Shown here piece after piece: positions 12,381 to 24,600 of a stretch of 49,685 nt of DNA. The DNA comes from Neocallimastix sp. 'constans' (Eukaryota). Below the pieces are notes generated by a model. That model saw only the letters and a program-made list of their open reading frames with translations. It ran no database searches and was not told where the DNA came from. A program made the translations under genes and the position numbers. The stretch is taken from positions 558,001-607,685 of the forward strand of contig JBODTK010000102.1 in NCBI GenBank assembly GCA_050613775.1, written 5' to 3'. How positions within the stretch are numbered: the stretch's first letter is position 1; every line of letters begins with the position of its first letter.

Positions 12381-12554
12381 AAAATTTAATATAATTTTAA
12401 GTAAAAAAGAAATAAATGTATAAATAAATAAGTAAATAAATAAATAAATAAAAATTAAAAAGGTCAATAAAAAATAAAATATTTTTATATAATTTTTTTT
12501 TTTTTTGACAATCATGTTATAAGGAAAATGATAAATAATTATTTTCTTTATAAC

Positions 12555-12722
12555 CTTATTTTTTATATTTTATTATTAATATTTATATTATATTTTTATA
12601 TTTTATATTTTATTATTGATATTATATTTTTATATTTTTCTATTAATATTATATTTTTATATTTTTATATTTTTATATTTTATTATTAATATCAATATAA
12701 TATTTTTATATTTTATTATTAA
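12555..12722 (+). repeat. Imperfect short tandem repeats (ATTTTTAT / ATTTTATTATTAAT), subterminal to the MULE
   Basis: Repeated ATTTTTATATTTTATTATTAAT motifs. A 40-bp block at 12651-12690 recurs identically at 15571-15610. Confidence 0.6.
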
Positions 12723-13184
12723 AAAATTTTATTTTATAAATTTATATTTAAATTAATATTATTTAAAATATTAATTTTTTATATTATAACTAAAACTTTA
12801 GTTGTTATTATAACATCTTAATAATAGAATTAAACCTTTTATTTTATATATAATTTATAAATAAAATATTAAATAATAATAAAAATTACAAAATAATATT
12901 TTTATAAGACTTAAATTATAGCTGTAAATTGAAATTTCAAAAATTAAAATTTGTTGTTCGCATTTCAATTACTATTTATATATTACAGCAACCGTTTTGT
13001 AGAGATATATAAATAGGTTTTTTACACATATGAATTCACATGTCTATTCCATATTATATATATGGGCTTGTAAAGAACATATATACTTTGGTATATATAT
13101 CTTATACTATATCAGTACGACGTCGGCGCTCCAAATTCCTAAGCAGAGGTAGCTCCAGTAGACATGTCAAATAACATCCGTGTT

Positions 13185-13243
13185 ATCCTATAGAAATTGA
13201 ACTCGTAACCCTCACAGTATAAGCTATACAACTACACTAGGAT
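13185..13243 (-). other. Truncated tRNA-like element within the MULE 5' region
   Basis: Minus strand ATCCTA-GTGTAGTTG...GAGGGTTACGAGTTCAATTTCTA-TAGGAT has terminal 6-bp pairing and A-box-like/B-box-like motifs. It is only 59 nt, so not a canonical tRNA. Confidence 0.25.
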
Positions 13244-13859
13244 GCCATGGGTGATCAAATATAGAAATTAAATACGTGGCAATCCAATAATGGTAGGAGC
13301 GGAATTAATACTTACCTGAAATTGTGCCATTATAACCCCTTTACCCTTTCTCCAAACCCTATCGGGAAAATCAGATAAAGAATAGATACCAGATGATTAT
13401 TAAGTCCGCCACATAACAACCAGAAGAAAGCCCAGTTCTACTTTATATGCTAAAAAATGCTATATATATTTGTTGTTTTAAAAAGACTTAAAAGTTAATA
13501 ATTAAATTAGATTATAATATAAATAAAATAATTAATTAATTCATAAATTCTTTATTAGTATATATTAAAAAAAATAATTAATATTAATTTAGAATAAATA
13601 AATAATTAAATTTTTTTTATATACATTAAATAAATAATTTATTTTTAAATAATAAAAATTAAAATATTTTCATATATACTTTATGTATCTGTTTTTTTTT
13701 AAAAAAAATTAAAAGAAAAAGAAATAATTAAAATACTTTTCATCTTTTAAAAAAAATTGAATATTTAATTGTTCAGAATTAATATTAAAAAATAATATTT
13801 AGATAATTAATATAATAATTTAAAAGATATAATTAAAAACTATATATTAAAATTTATAA

Positions 13860-15281
13860 ATGGAAGAAAACATAACTATTTATATAAGTGAGTCTAATAA
13901 AGGAGAAGAACAAATCATTATTAATAAACAATATAAATTTAATTTTTCACATTCAAGGAAAGATAATTCAAGAGTTTATAAATGTACCGAATATAAAAAA
14001 AATAATAAATGTAAATCTTTTATTATTTTAAATAATGAGAAAGAAATCTTAAAATATGAGAGTTTACATAATCATCCTGGAAACGAATATAGTGTATCCC
14101 TATCTGTAATGAAACATAAAATTAAAGATGAAATTAAAAAACATTCAAATCCTTTTGATATAAAACGAAAAAGACTATATAATGAAATTTCTAAAGAAAT
14201 GGGATTTATATATCCGTGTCCAGAATATATTTCAGTTAAAACTCTAATATTAAGAAGTATTAATAAAAAACTACCATCCAATGTAACAACTTTTAATGAA
14301 ATTCCTAATGAATCTGAATATTATAAAACTGAACGAAATGAAGATTTTATGATATTCAAAAATTCTGATTTAGTAATTTTTCAATCCCCTTTTCAAGCAA
14401 AATTATTTAAGAAATATAATAATGATATATTTGTGGATGGTACTTTTTATATCGCACCTAAATTTAGTCAACAAGTGTTTATTACTAGAACTTACGTTAA
14501 AGAATTGAATAGTTTTTATACTACTTCTTATGCAATATTAAGAAATAAAAAGCAAAAAACATATAAAATGTTATTCAATAAATTAAAACAAAATTCTAAT
14601 AATAATATTATAACTGAACCAAAAAATGTACATTGCGATTTTGAAAAAGGCATATCCAAAGCAGTTAAAAAAATATTTCCTAATATAAATATTAAATACT
14701 GTATTTGGCATTATAAAAATTTATTAGAAATTAAAAAAAATGAATTGTGCCGTAATGAAGTGAACGATGATGAAAAAATATTTAATTATTACAAAGGAAT
14801 TTCAAACTTACCATTTATCAACCCTGAATACATAATGGATATTTTTTCATTAATTAAAACTAAATCCATTGAAAAAAATTCTTGTCAATTTTTAAAATTT
14901 TTAGAATATTTTTATGAAACATATTTAATTGGTTACGATATGAAAAGTTGGAATTATTATAATAATAGTGAACATATAACCAATAATGCTTCAGAATCAC
15001 TCAATAATTCTTTAAATAAACTATTTCCAATGAAACCAAATTTTTATGAATTAATAAATAAATTAAAAGAACACGAACATTTATCATATTATGATTACCA
15101 AATGAAAATAAAAGGAATTTGGAGAATGAAAAAAAAAATAAAAACAAAAACTGATGAAATTAATATCTTAATTGAAAAATACAAAAATAAAGAAGCCAAG
15201 TTAATTAATATAAAATATGATAGAAGTGATCTTTCTAAATTGTGGTTTGAATGTTTAACTAATTTAAATAATATTTTATAA
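13860..15281 (+). CDS. Mutator-like (MULE) DDE transposase with N-terminal FLYWCH/WRKY-like zinc finger
   Basis: Uninterrupted 473-aa ORF. C42-x8-C51...H70-x-H72 zinc finger; FVD193GTF, HCD260FE, C281IWH284 (CxxH), W364 and TNNASE379SLN form the canonical MULE D-D-CxxH-W-E signature. Confidence 0.95.
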   Translation: MEENITIYISESNKGEEQIIINKQYKFNFSHSRKDNSRVYKCTEYKKNNKCKSFIILNNEKEILKYESLHNHPGNEYSVSLSVMKHKIKDEIKKHSNPFDIKRKRLYNEISKEMGFIYPCPEYISVKTLILRSINKKLPSNVTTFNEIPNESEYYKTERNEDFMIFKNSDLVIFQSPFQAKLFKKYNNDIFVDGTFYIAPKFSQQVFITRTYVKELNSFYTTSYAILRNKKQKTYKMLFNKLKQNSNNNIITEPKNVHCDFEKGISKAVKKIFPNINIKYCIWHYKNLLEIKKNELCRNEVNDDEKIFNYYKGISNLPFINPEYIMDIFSLIKTKSIEKNSCQFLKFLEYFYETYLIGYDMKSWNYYNNSEHITNNASESLNNSLNKLFPMKPNFYELINKLKEHEHLSYYDYQMKIKGIWRMKKKIKTKTDEINILIEKYKNKEAKLINIKYDRSDLSKLWFECLTNLNNIL

Positions 15282-15469
15282 ATATTATTTAATAATAAAT
15301 AATTATGAAATGACAGAGGAATTTCCAAAAGAAAAAATCATTAAAATTCTTTCATACAAAAACTTATAATTAAATTTATTAATTAAAATTTTATAATTAT
15401 TAAAAAGTTAAAATGTTTATATACTTGATAAAATTTATGTAGTTTAAATAAATATTCTATAATTTTATT

Positions 15470-15685
15470 ATTATAATTTATTTTATTAATAATTGTTTAA
15501 ATATTTTATTAATATTTTTTTTAAAATAAATAATCCTATATTTTTATACTTTATTATTAATATCAATAATATATTTTTATATTTTTATATTTTTATATTT
15601 TATTATTAATGTTTATAATTAATTTTATTAATAATTGTTTAAATATTTTATTAATTTTTTTTTTTAAATAAATAAATCTATATAA
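15470..15685 (+). repeat. Diverged proto-monomers of the satellite
   Basis: TTTTATTAATAATTGTTTAAATATTTTATTAAT(A)TnAAA..ATAAT/ATC..TATA occurs at ~15481-15540 and ~15623-15682. It matches the 71-bp monomer with a few differences. Confidence 0.8.
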
Positions 15686-18600
15686 TTGTTAAAGTATTTT
15701 ATTAATATTTTTTTTAAATAATAAATCTATATAATTGTTAAAGTATTTTATTAATATTTTTTTTAAATAAATAAATCTATATAATTGCTAAAATATTTTA
15801 TTAATAGTTGTTTAAATATTTTATTAATATTTTTTAAATAAATAAATCTATATAATTGTTAAAGTATTTTATTAATATTTTTTTTTAAATAAATAAATCT
15901 ATATAATTGTTAAAATATTTTATTAATATTTTTTTTAAATAAATAAATTTATATAATTGTTAAAGTATTTTATTAATATTTTTTTTAAATAAATAAATCT
16001 ATATAATTGTTAAAGTATTTTATTAATATTTTTTTTTAAATAAATAAATCTATATAATTGTTAAAGTATTTTATTAATATTTTTTTTTAAATAAATAAAT
16101 CTATATAATTGTTAAAGTATTTTATTAATATTTTTTTTAAATTAATAAATCTATATAATTGCTAAAGTATTTTATTAATAGTTGTTTAAATATTTTATTA
16201 ATATTTTTTAAATAAATAAATCTATATAATTGTTAAAGTATTTTATTAATATTTTTTTTTAAATAAATAAATCTATATAATTGTTAAAGTATTTTATTAA
16301 TATTTTTTTTTAAATAAATAAATCCATATAATTGTTAAAGTATTTTATTAATATTTTTTTTTAAATAAATAAATCTATATAATTGCTAAAGTATTTTATT
16401 AATATTTTTTTTAAATAATAAATCTATATAATTGTTAAAGTATTTTATTAATATTTTTTTTAAATAAATAAATCTATATAATTGCTAAAATATTTTATTA
16501 ATAGTTGTTTAAATATTTTATTAATATTTTTTAAATAAATAAATCTATATAATTGTTAAAGTATTTTATTAATATTTTTTTTTAAATAAATAAATCTATA
16601 TAATTGTTAAAATATTTTATTAATATTTTTTTTAAATAAATAAATTTATATAATTGTTAAAGTATTTTATTAATATTTTTTTTAAATAAATAAATCTATA
16701 TAATTGTTAAAGTATTTTATTAATATTTTTTTTTAAATAAATAAATCTATATAATTGTTAAAGTATTTTATTAATATTTTTTTTTAAATAAATAAATCTA
16801 TATAATTGTTAAAGTATTTTATTAATATTTTTTTTAAATTAATAAATCTATATAATTGCTAAAGTATTTTATTAATAGTTGTTTAAATATTTTATTAATA
16901 TTTTTTAAATAAATAAATCTATATAATTGTTAAAGTATTTTATTAATATTTTTTTTTAAATAAATAAATCTATATAATTGTTAAAGTATTTTATTAATAT
17001 TTTTTTTTAAATAAATAAATCCATATAATTGTTAAAGTATTTTATTAATATTTTTTTTTAAATAAATAAATCTATATAATTGCTAAAGTATTTTATTAAT
17101 ATTTTTTTTAAATAAATAAATCTATATAATTGCTAAAGTATTTTATTAATATTTTTTTTAAATAAATAAATCTATATAATTGTTAAAGTATTTTATTAAT
17201 AGTTGTTTAAATATTTTATTAATATTTTTTAAATAAATAAATCTATATAATTGTTAAAGTATTTTATTAATATTTTTTTTTTAAATAAATAAATCTATAT
17301 AATTGTTAAAATATTTTATTAATATTTTTTTTAAATAAATAAATTTATATAATTGTTAAAGTATTTTATTAATATTTTTTTTAAATAAATAAATCTATAT
17401 AATTGTTAAAGTATTTTATTAATATTTTTTTTTAAATAAATAAATCTATATAATTGTTAAAGTATTTTATTAATATTTTTTTTTAAATAAATAAATCTAT
17501 ATAATTGTTAAAGTATTTTATTAATATTTTTTTTAAATTAATAAATCTATATAATTGCTAAAGTATTTTATTAATAGTTGTTTAAATATTTTATTAATAT
17601 TTTTTAAATAAATAAATTTATATAATTGTTAAAGTATTTTATTAATATTTTTTTTAAATAAATAAATCTATATAATTGTTAAAGTATTTTATTAATATTT
17701 TTTTTTAAATAAATAAATCTATATAATTGTTAAAGTATTTTATTAATATTTTTTTTTAAATAAATAAATCTATATAATTGTTAAAGTATTTTATTAATAT
17801 TTTTTTTAAATTAATAAATCTATATAATTGCTAAAGTATTTTATTAATATTTTTTTTAAATAAATAAATTTATATAATTGTTAAAGTATTTTATTAATAT
17901 TTTTTTTAAATAAATAAATCTATATAATTGTTAAAGTATTTTATTAATATTTTTTTTTAAATAAATAAATCTATATAATTGTTAAAGTATTTTATTAATA
18001 TTTTTTTTTAAATAAATAAATCTATATAATTGTTAAAGTATTTTATTAATATTTTTTTTTAAATAAATAAATCTATATAATTGCTAAAGTATTTTATTAA
18101 TATTTTTTTTAAATAAATAAATCTATATAATTGCTAAAGTATTTTATTAATATTTTTTTTAAATAAATAAATCTATATAATTGTTAAAGTATTTTATTAA
18201 TAGTTGTTTAAATATTTTATTAATATTTTTTAAATAAATAAATCTATATAATTGTTAAAGTATTTTATTAATATTTTTTTTTAAATAAATAAATCTATAT
18301 AATTGTTAAAATATTTTATTAATATTTTTTTTAAATAAATAAATTTATATAATTGTTAAAGTATTTTATTAATATTTTTTTTAAATAAATAAATCTATAT
18401 AATTGTTAAAGTATTTTATTAATATTTTTTTTTAAATAAATAAATCTATATAATTGTTAAAGTATTTTATTAATATTTTTTTTTAAATAAATAAATCTAT
18501 ATAATTGTTAAAGTATTTTATTAATATTTTTTTTAAATTAATAAATCTATATAATTGCTAAAGTATTTTATTAATAGTTGTTTAAATATTTTATTAATAT

Positions 18601-21600
18601 TTTTTAAATAAATAAATCTATATAATTGTTAAAGTATTTTATTAATATTTTTTTTTAAATAAATAAATCTATATAATTGTTAAAGTATTTTATTAATATT
18701 TTTTTTTAAATAAATAAATCTATATAATTGTTAAAGTATTTTATTAATATTTTTTTTTAAATAAATAAATCTATATAATTGCTAAAGTATTTTATTAATA
18801 TTTTTTTTAAATAAATAAATCTATATAATTGCTAAAGTATTTTATTAATATTTTTTTTAAATAAATAAATCAATATAATTGTTAAAGTATTTTATTAATA
18901 TTTTTTTTTAAATAAATAAATCTATATAATTGTTAAAGTATTTTATTAATATTTTTTTTAAATAAATAAATCTATATAATTGCTAAAATATTTTATTAAT
19001 AGTTGTTTAAATATTTTATTAATATTTTTTAAATAAATAAATCTATATAATTGTTAAAGTATTTTATTAATAGTTGTTTAAATATTTTATTAATATTTTT
19101 TAAATAAATAAATCTATATAATTGTTAAAGTATTTTATTAATATTTTTTTTTAAATAAATAAATCTATATAATTGTTAAAGTATTTTATTAATATTTTTT
19201 TTTAAATAAATAAATCTATATAATTGTTAAAGTATTTTATTAATATTTTTTTTAAATAAATAAATCTATATAATTGCTAAAATATTTTATTAATAGTTGT
19301 TTAAATATTTTATTAATATTTTTTAAATAAATAAATCTATATAATTGCTAAAGTATTTTATTAATAGTTGTTTAAATATTTTATTAATATTTTTTAAATA
19401 AATAAATCTATATAATTGTTAAAGTATTTTATTAATATTTTTTTTTAAATAAATAAATCTATATAATTGTTAAAGTATTTTATTAATATTTTTTTTTTAA
19501 ATAAATAAATCTATATAATTGTTAAAGTATTTTATTAATATTTTTTTTAAATAAATAAATCTATATAATTGCTAAAATATTTTATTAATAGTTGTTTAAA
19601 TATTTTATTAATATTTTTTAAATAAATAAATCTATATAATTGCTAAAATATTTTATTAATAGTTGTTTAAATATTTTATTAATATTTTTTAAATAAATAA
19701 ATCTATATAATTGTTAAAGTATTTTATTAATATTTTTTTTTAAATAAATAAATCTATATAATTGTTAAAGTATTTTATTAATATTTTTTTTAAATAAATA
19801 AATCTATATAATTGCTAAAATATTTTATTAATAGTTGTTTAAATATTTTATTAATATTTTTTAAATAAATAAATCTATATAATTGCTAAAATATTTTATT
19901 AATAGTTGTTTAAATATTTTATTAATATTTTTTAAATAAATAAATCTATATAATTGTTAAAGTATTTTATTAATATTTTTTTTTAAATAAATAAATCTAT
20001 ATAATTGTTAAAGTATTTTATTAATATTTATTTTTTAAATAAATAAATCTATATAATTGCTAAAATATTTTATTAATAGTTGTTTAAATATTTTATTAAT
20101 ATTTTTTAAATAAATAAATCTATATAATTGCTAAAATATTTTATTAATAGTTGTTTAAATATTTTATTAATATTTTTTAAATAAATAAATCTATATAATT
20201 GTTAAAGTATTTTATTAATATTTTTTTTTAAATAAATAAATCTATATAATTGTTAAAGTATTTTATTAATATTTTTTTTAAATAAATAAATCTATATAAT
20301 TGCTAAAATATTTTATTAATAGTTGTTTAAATATTTTATTAATATTTTTTAAATAAATAAATCTATATAATTGCTAAAATATTTTATTAATAGTTGTTTA
20401 AATATTTTATTAATATTTTTTAAATAAATAAATCTATATAATTGTTAAAGTATTTTATTAATATTTTTTTTTAAATAAATAAATCTATATAATTGCTAAA
20501 GTATTTTATTAATATTTTTTTTAAATAAATAAATCTATATAATTGCTAAAGTATTTTATTAATAGTTGTTTAAATATTTTATTAATATTTTTTAAATAAA
20601 TAAATCTATATAATTGTTAAAGTATTTTATTAATATTTTTTTTTAAATAAATAAATCTATATAATTGTTAAAGTATTTTATTAATATTTTTTTTTTAAAT
20701 AAATAAATCTATATAATTGTTAAAGTATTTTAATAATATTTTTTTTAAATAAATAAATCTATATAATTGTTAAAGTATTTTATTAATAGTTGTTTAAATA
20801 TTTTATTAATATTTTTTAAATAAATAAATCTATATAATTGTTAAAGTATTTTATTAATATTTTTTTTTAAATAAATAAATCTATATAATTGTTAAAGTAT
20901 TTTATTAATAGTTGTTTAAATATTTTATTAATATTTTTTAAATAAATAAATCTATATAATTGTTAAAGTATTTTATTAATATTTTTTTTTAAATAAATAA
21001 ATCTATATAATTGTTAAAGTATTTTATTAATATTTTTTTTAAATAAATAAATCTATATAATTGCTAAAATATTTTTTTAATAGTTGTTTAAATATTTTAT
21101 TAATATTTTTTAAATAAATAAATCTATATAATTGCTAAAATATTTTATTAATAGTTGTTTAAATATTTTATTAATATTTTTTAAATAAATAAATCTATAT
21201 AATTGTTAAAGTATTTTATTAATATTTTTTTTTAAATAAATAAATCTATATAATTGTTAAAGTATTTTATTAATATTTTTTTTTTAAATAAATAAATCTA
21301 TATAATTGTTAAAGTATTTTAATAATATTTTTTTTAAATAAATAAATCTATATAATTGCTAAAATATTTTATTAATAGTTGTTTAAATATTTTATTAATA
21401 TTTTTTAAATAAATAAATCTATATAATTGCTAAAGTATTTTATTAATATTTTTTTTAAATAAATAAATTTATATAATTGTTAAAGTATTTTATTAATATT
21501 TTTTTTAAATAAATAAATCTATATAATTGTTAAAGTATTTTATTAATATTTTTTTTTAAATAAATAAATCTATATAATTGTTAAAGTATTTTATTAATAT

Positions 21601-24600
21601 TTTTTTTTAAATAAATAAATCTATATAATTGTTAAAGTATTTTATTAATATTTTTTTTAAATTAATAAATCTATATAATTGCTAAAGTATTTTATTAATA
21701 GTTGTTTAAATATTTTATTAATATTTTTTAAATAAATAAATCTATATAATTGTTAAAGTATTTTATTAATATTTTTTTTTAAATAAATAAATCTATATAA
21801 TTGTTAAAGTATTTTATTAATATTTTTTTTTAAATAAATAAATCTATATAATTGTTAAAGTATTTTATTAATATTTTTTTTTAAATAAATAAATCTATAT
21901 AATTGCTAAAGTATTTTATTAATATTTTTTTTAAATAAATAAATCTATATAATTGCTAAAGTATTTTATTAATATTTTTTTTAAATAAATAAATCTATAT
22001 AATTGTTAAAGTATTTTATTAATATTTTTTTTTAAATAAATAAATCTATATAATTGTTAAAGTATTTTATTAATATTTTTTTTAAATAAATAAATCTATA
22101 TAATTGCTAAAATATTTTATTAATAGTTGTTTAAATATTTTATTAATATTTTTTAAATAAATAAATCTATATAATTGCTAAAGTATTTTATTAATAGTTG
22201 TTTAAATATTTTATTAATATTTTTTAAATAAATAAATCTATATAATTGTTAAAGTATTTTATTAATATTTTTTTTTTAAATAAATAAATCTATATAATTG
22301 TTAAAGTATTTTATTAATATTTTTTTTAAATAAATAAATCTATATAATTGCTAAAATATTTTATTAATAGTTGTTTAAATATTTTATTAATATTTTTTAA
22401 ATAAATAAATCTATATAATTGCTAAAATATTTTATTAATAGTTGTTTAAATATTTTATTAATATTTTTTAAATAAATAAATCTATATAATTGTTAAAGTA
22501 TTTTATTAATATTTTTTTTTAAATAAATAAATCTATATAATTGTTAAAGTATTTTATTAATATTTATTTTTTAAATAAATAAATCTATATAATTGTTAAA
22601 GTATTTTAATAATATTTTTTTTAAATAAATAAATCTATATAATTGCTAAAATATTTTATTAATAGTTGTTTAAATATTTTATTAATATTTTTTAAATAAA
22701 TAAATCTATATAATTGCTAAAATATTTTATTAATATTTTTTTTAAATAAATAAATTTATATAATTGTTAAAGTATTTTATTAATATTTTTTTTAAATAAA
22801 TAAATCTATATAATTGTTAAAGTATTTTATTAATATTTTTTTTTAAATAAATAAATCTATATAATTGTTAAAGTATTTTATTAATATTTTTTTTAAATAA
22901 ATAAATCTATATAATTGTTAAAGTATTTTATTAATATTTTTTTTAAATTAATAAATCTATATAATTGCTAAAGTATTTTATTAATAGTTGTTTAAATATT
23001 TTATTAATATTTTTTAAATAAATAAATCTATATAATTGTTAAAGTATTTTATTAATATTTTTTTTTAAATAAATAAATCTATATAATTGTTAAAGTATTT
23101 TATTAATATTTTTTTTAAATAAATAAATCTATATAATTGCTAAAATATTTTTTTAATAGTTGTTTAAATATTTTATTAATATTTTTTAAATAAATAAATC
23201 TATATAATTGCTAAAATATTTTATTAATAGTTGTTTAAATATTTTATTAATATTTTTTAAATAAATAAATCTATATAATTGTTAAAGTATTTTATTAATA
23301 TTTTTTTTTAAATAAATAAATCTATATAATTGTTAAAGTATTTTATTAATATTTTTTTTTAAATAAATAAATCCATATAATTGTTAAAGTATTTTATTAA
23401 TATTTTTTTTTAAATAAATAAATCTATATAATTGCTAAAGTATTTTATTAATATTTTTTTTAAATAAATAAATCTATATAATTGCTAAAGTATTTTATTA
23501 ATATTTTTTTTAAATAAATAAATCTATATAATTGTTAAAGTATTTTATTAATAGTTGTTTAAATATTTTATTAATATTTTTTAAATAAATAAATCTATAT
23601 AATTGTTAAAGTATTTTATTAATATTTTTTTTTAAATAAATAAATCTATATAATTGTTAAAATATTTTATTAATATTTTTTTTAAATAAATAAATTTATA
23701 TAATTGTTAAAGTATTTTATTAATATTTTTTTTAAATAAATAAATCTATATAATTGTTAAAGTATTTTATTAATATTTTTTTTTAAATAAATAAATCTAT
23801 ATAATTGTTAAAGTATTTTATTAATATTTTTTTTTAAATAAATAAATCTATATAATTGTTAAAGTATTTTATTAATATTTTTTTTAAATTAATAAATCTA
23901 TATAATTGCTAAAGTATTTTATTAATAGTTGTTTAAATATTTTATTAATATTTTTTAAATAAATAAATTTATATAATTGTTAAAGTATTTTATTAATATT
24001 TTTTTTAAATAAATAAATCTATATAATTGTTAAAGTATTTTATTAATATTTTTTTTTAAATAAATAAATCTATATAATTGTTAAAGTATTTTATTAATAT
24101 TTTTTTTTAAATAAATAAATCTATATAATTGTTAAAGTATTTTATTAATATTTTTTTTAAATTAATAAATCTATATAATTGCTAAAGTATTTTATTAATA
24201 TTTTTTTTAAATAAATAAATTTATATAATTGTTAAAGTATTTTATTAATATTTTTTTTAAATAAATAAATCTATATAATTGTTAAAGTATTTTATTAATA
24301 TTTTTTTTTAAATAAATAAATCTATATAATTGTTAAAGTATTTTATTAATATTTTTTTTTAAATAAATAAATCTATATAATTGTTAAAGTATTTTATTAA
24401 TATTTTTTTTTAAATAAATAAATCTATATAATTGTTAAAGTATTTTATTAATATTTTTTTTTAAATAAATAAATCTATATAATTGTTAAAGTATTTTATT
24501 AATATTTTTTTTAAATTAATAAATCTATATAATTGCTAAAGTATTTTATTAATAGTTGTTTAAATATTTTATTAATATTTTTTAAATAAATAAATCTATA

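Larger units (their letters stand above)
12294..15665 (+). mobile_element. MULE DNA transposon (left end tentative, right end not found in window)
   Basis: Intact transposase, candidate left TIR, and shared repeat blocks on both sides of the ORF. Confidence 0.7.

Noticed and set aside
13204..13362. Telomerase-template or telomere-like motifs (TAACCCT, AAACCCTA)
   Set aside because: These are isolated 7-8-mers with no 1.5-repeat template (CTAACCCTAA) and no tandem telomeric repeats.
13308..13470. U1 snRNA (starts ATACTTACCTG)
   Set aside because: The downstream sequence lacks recognisable U1 loop I (GATCACGAAG-like) and loop II (ATTGCAC) motifs. It is better read as a minus-strand splice donor.
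14072..15328. Short minus-strand ORFs 14072..14281 and 15095..15328
   Set aside because: They are antisense shadows of the transposase with no recognisable motifs.
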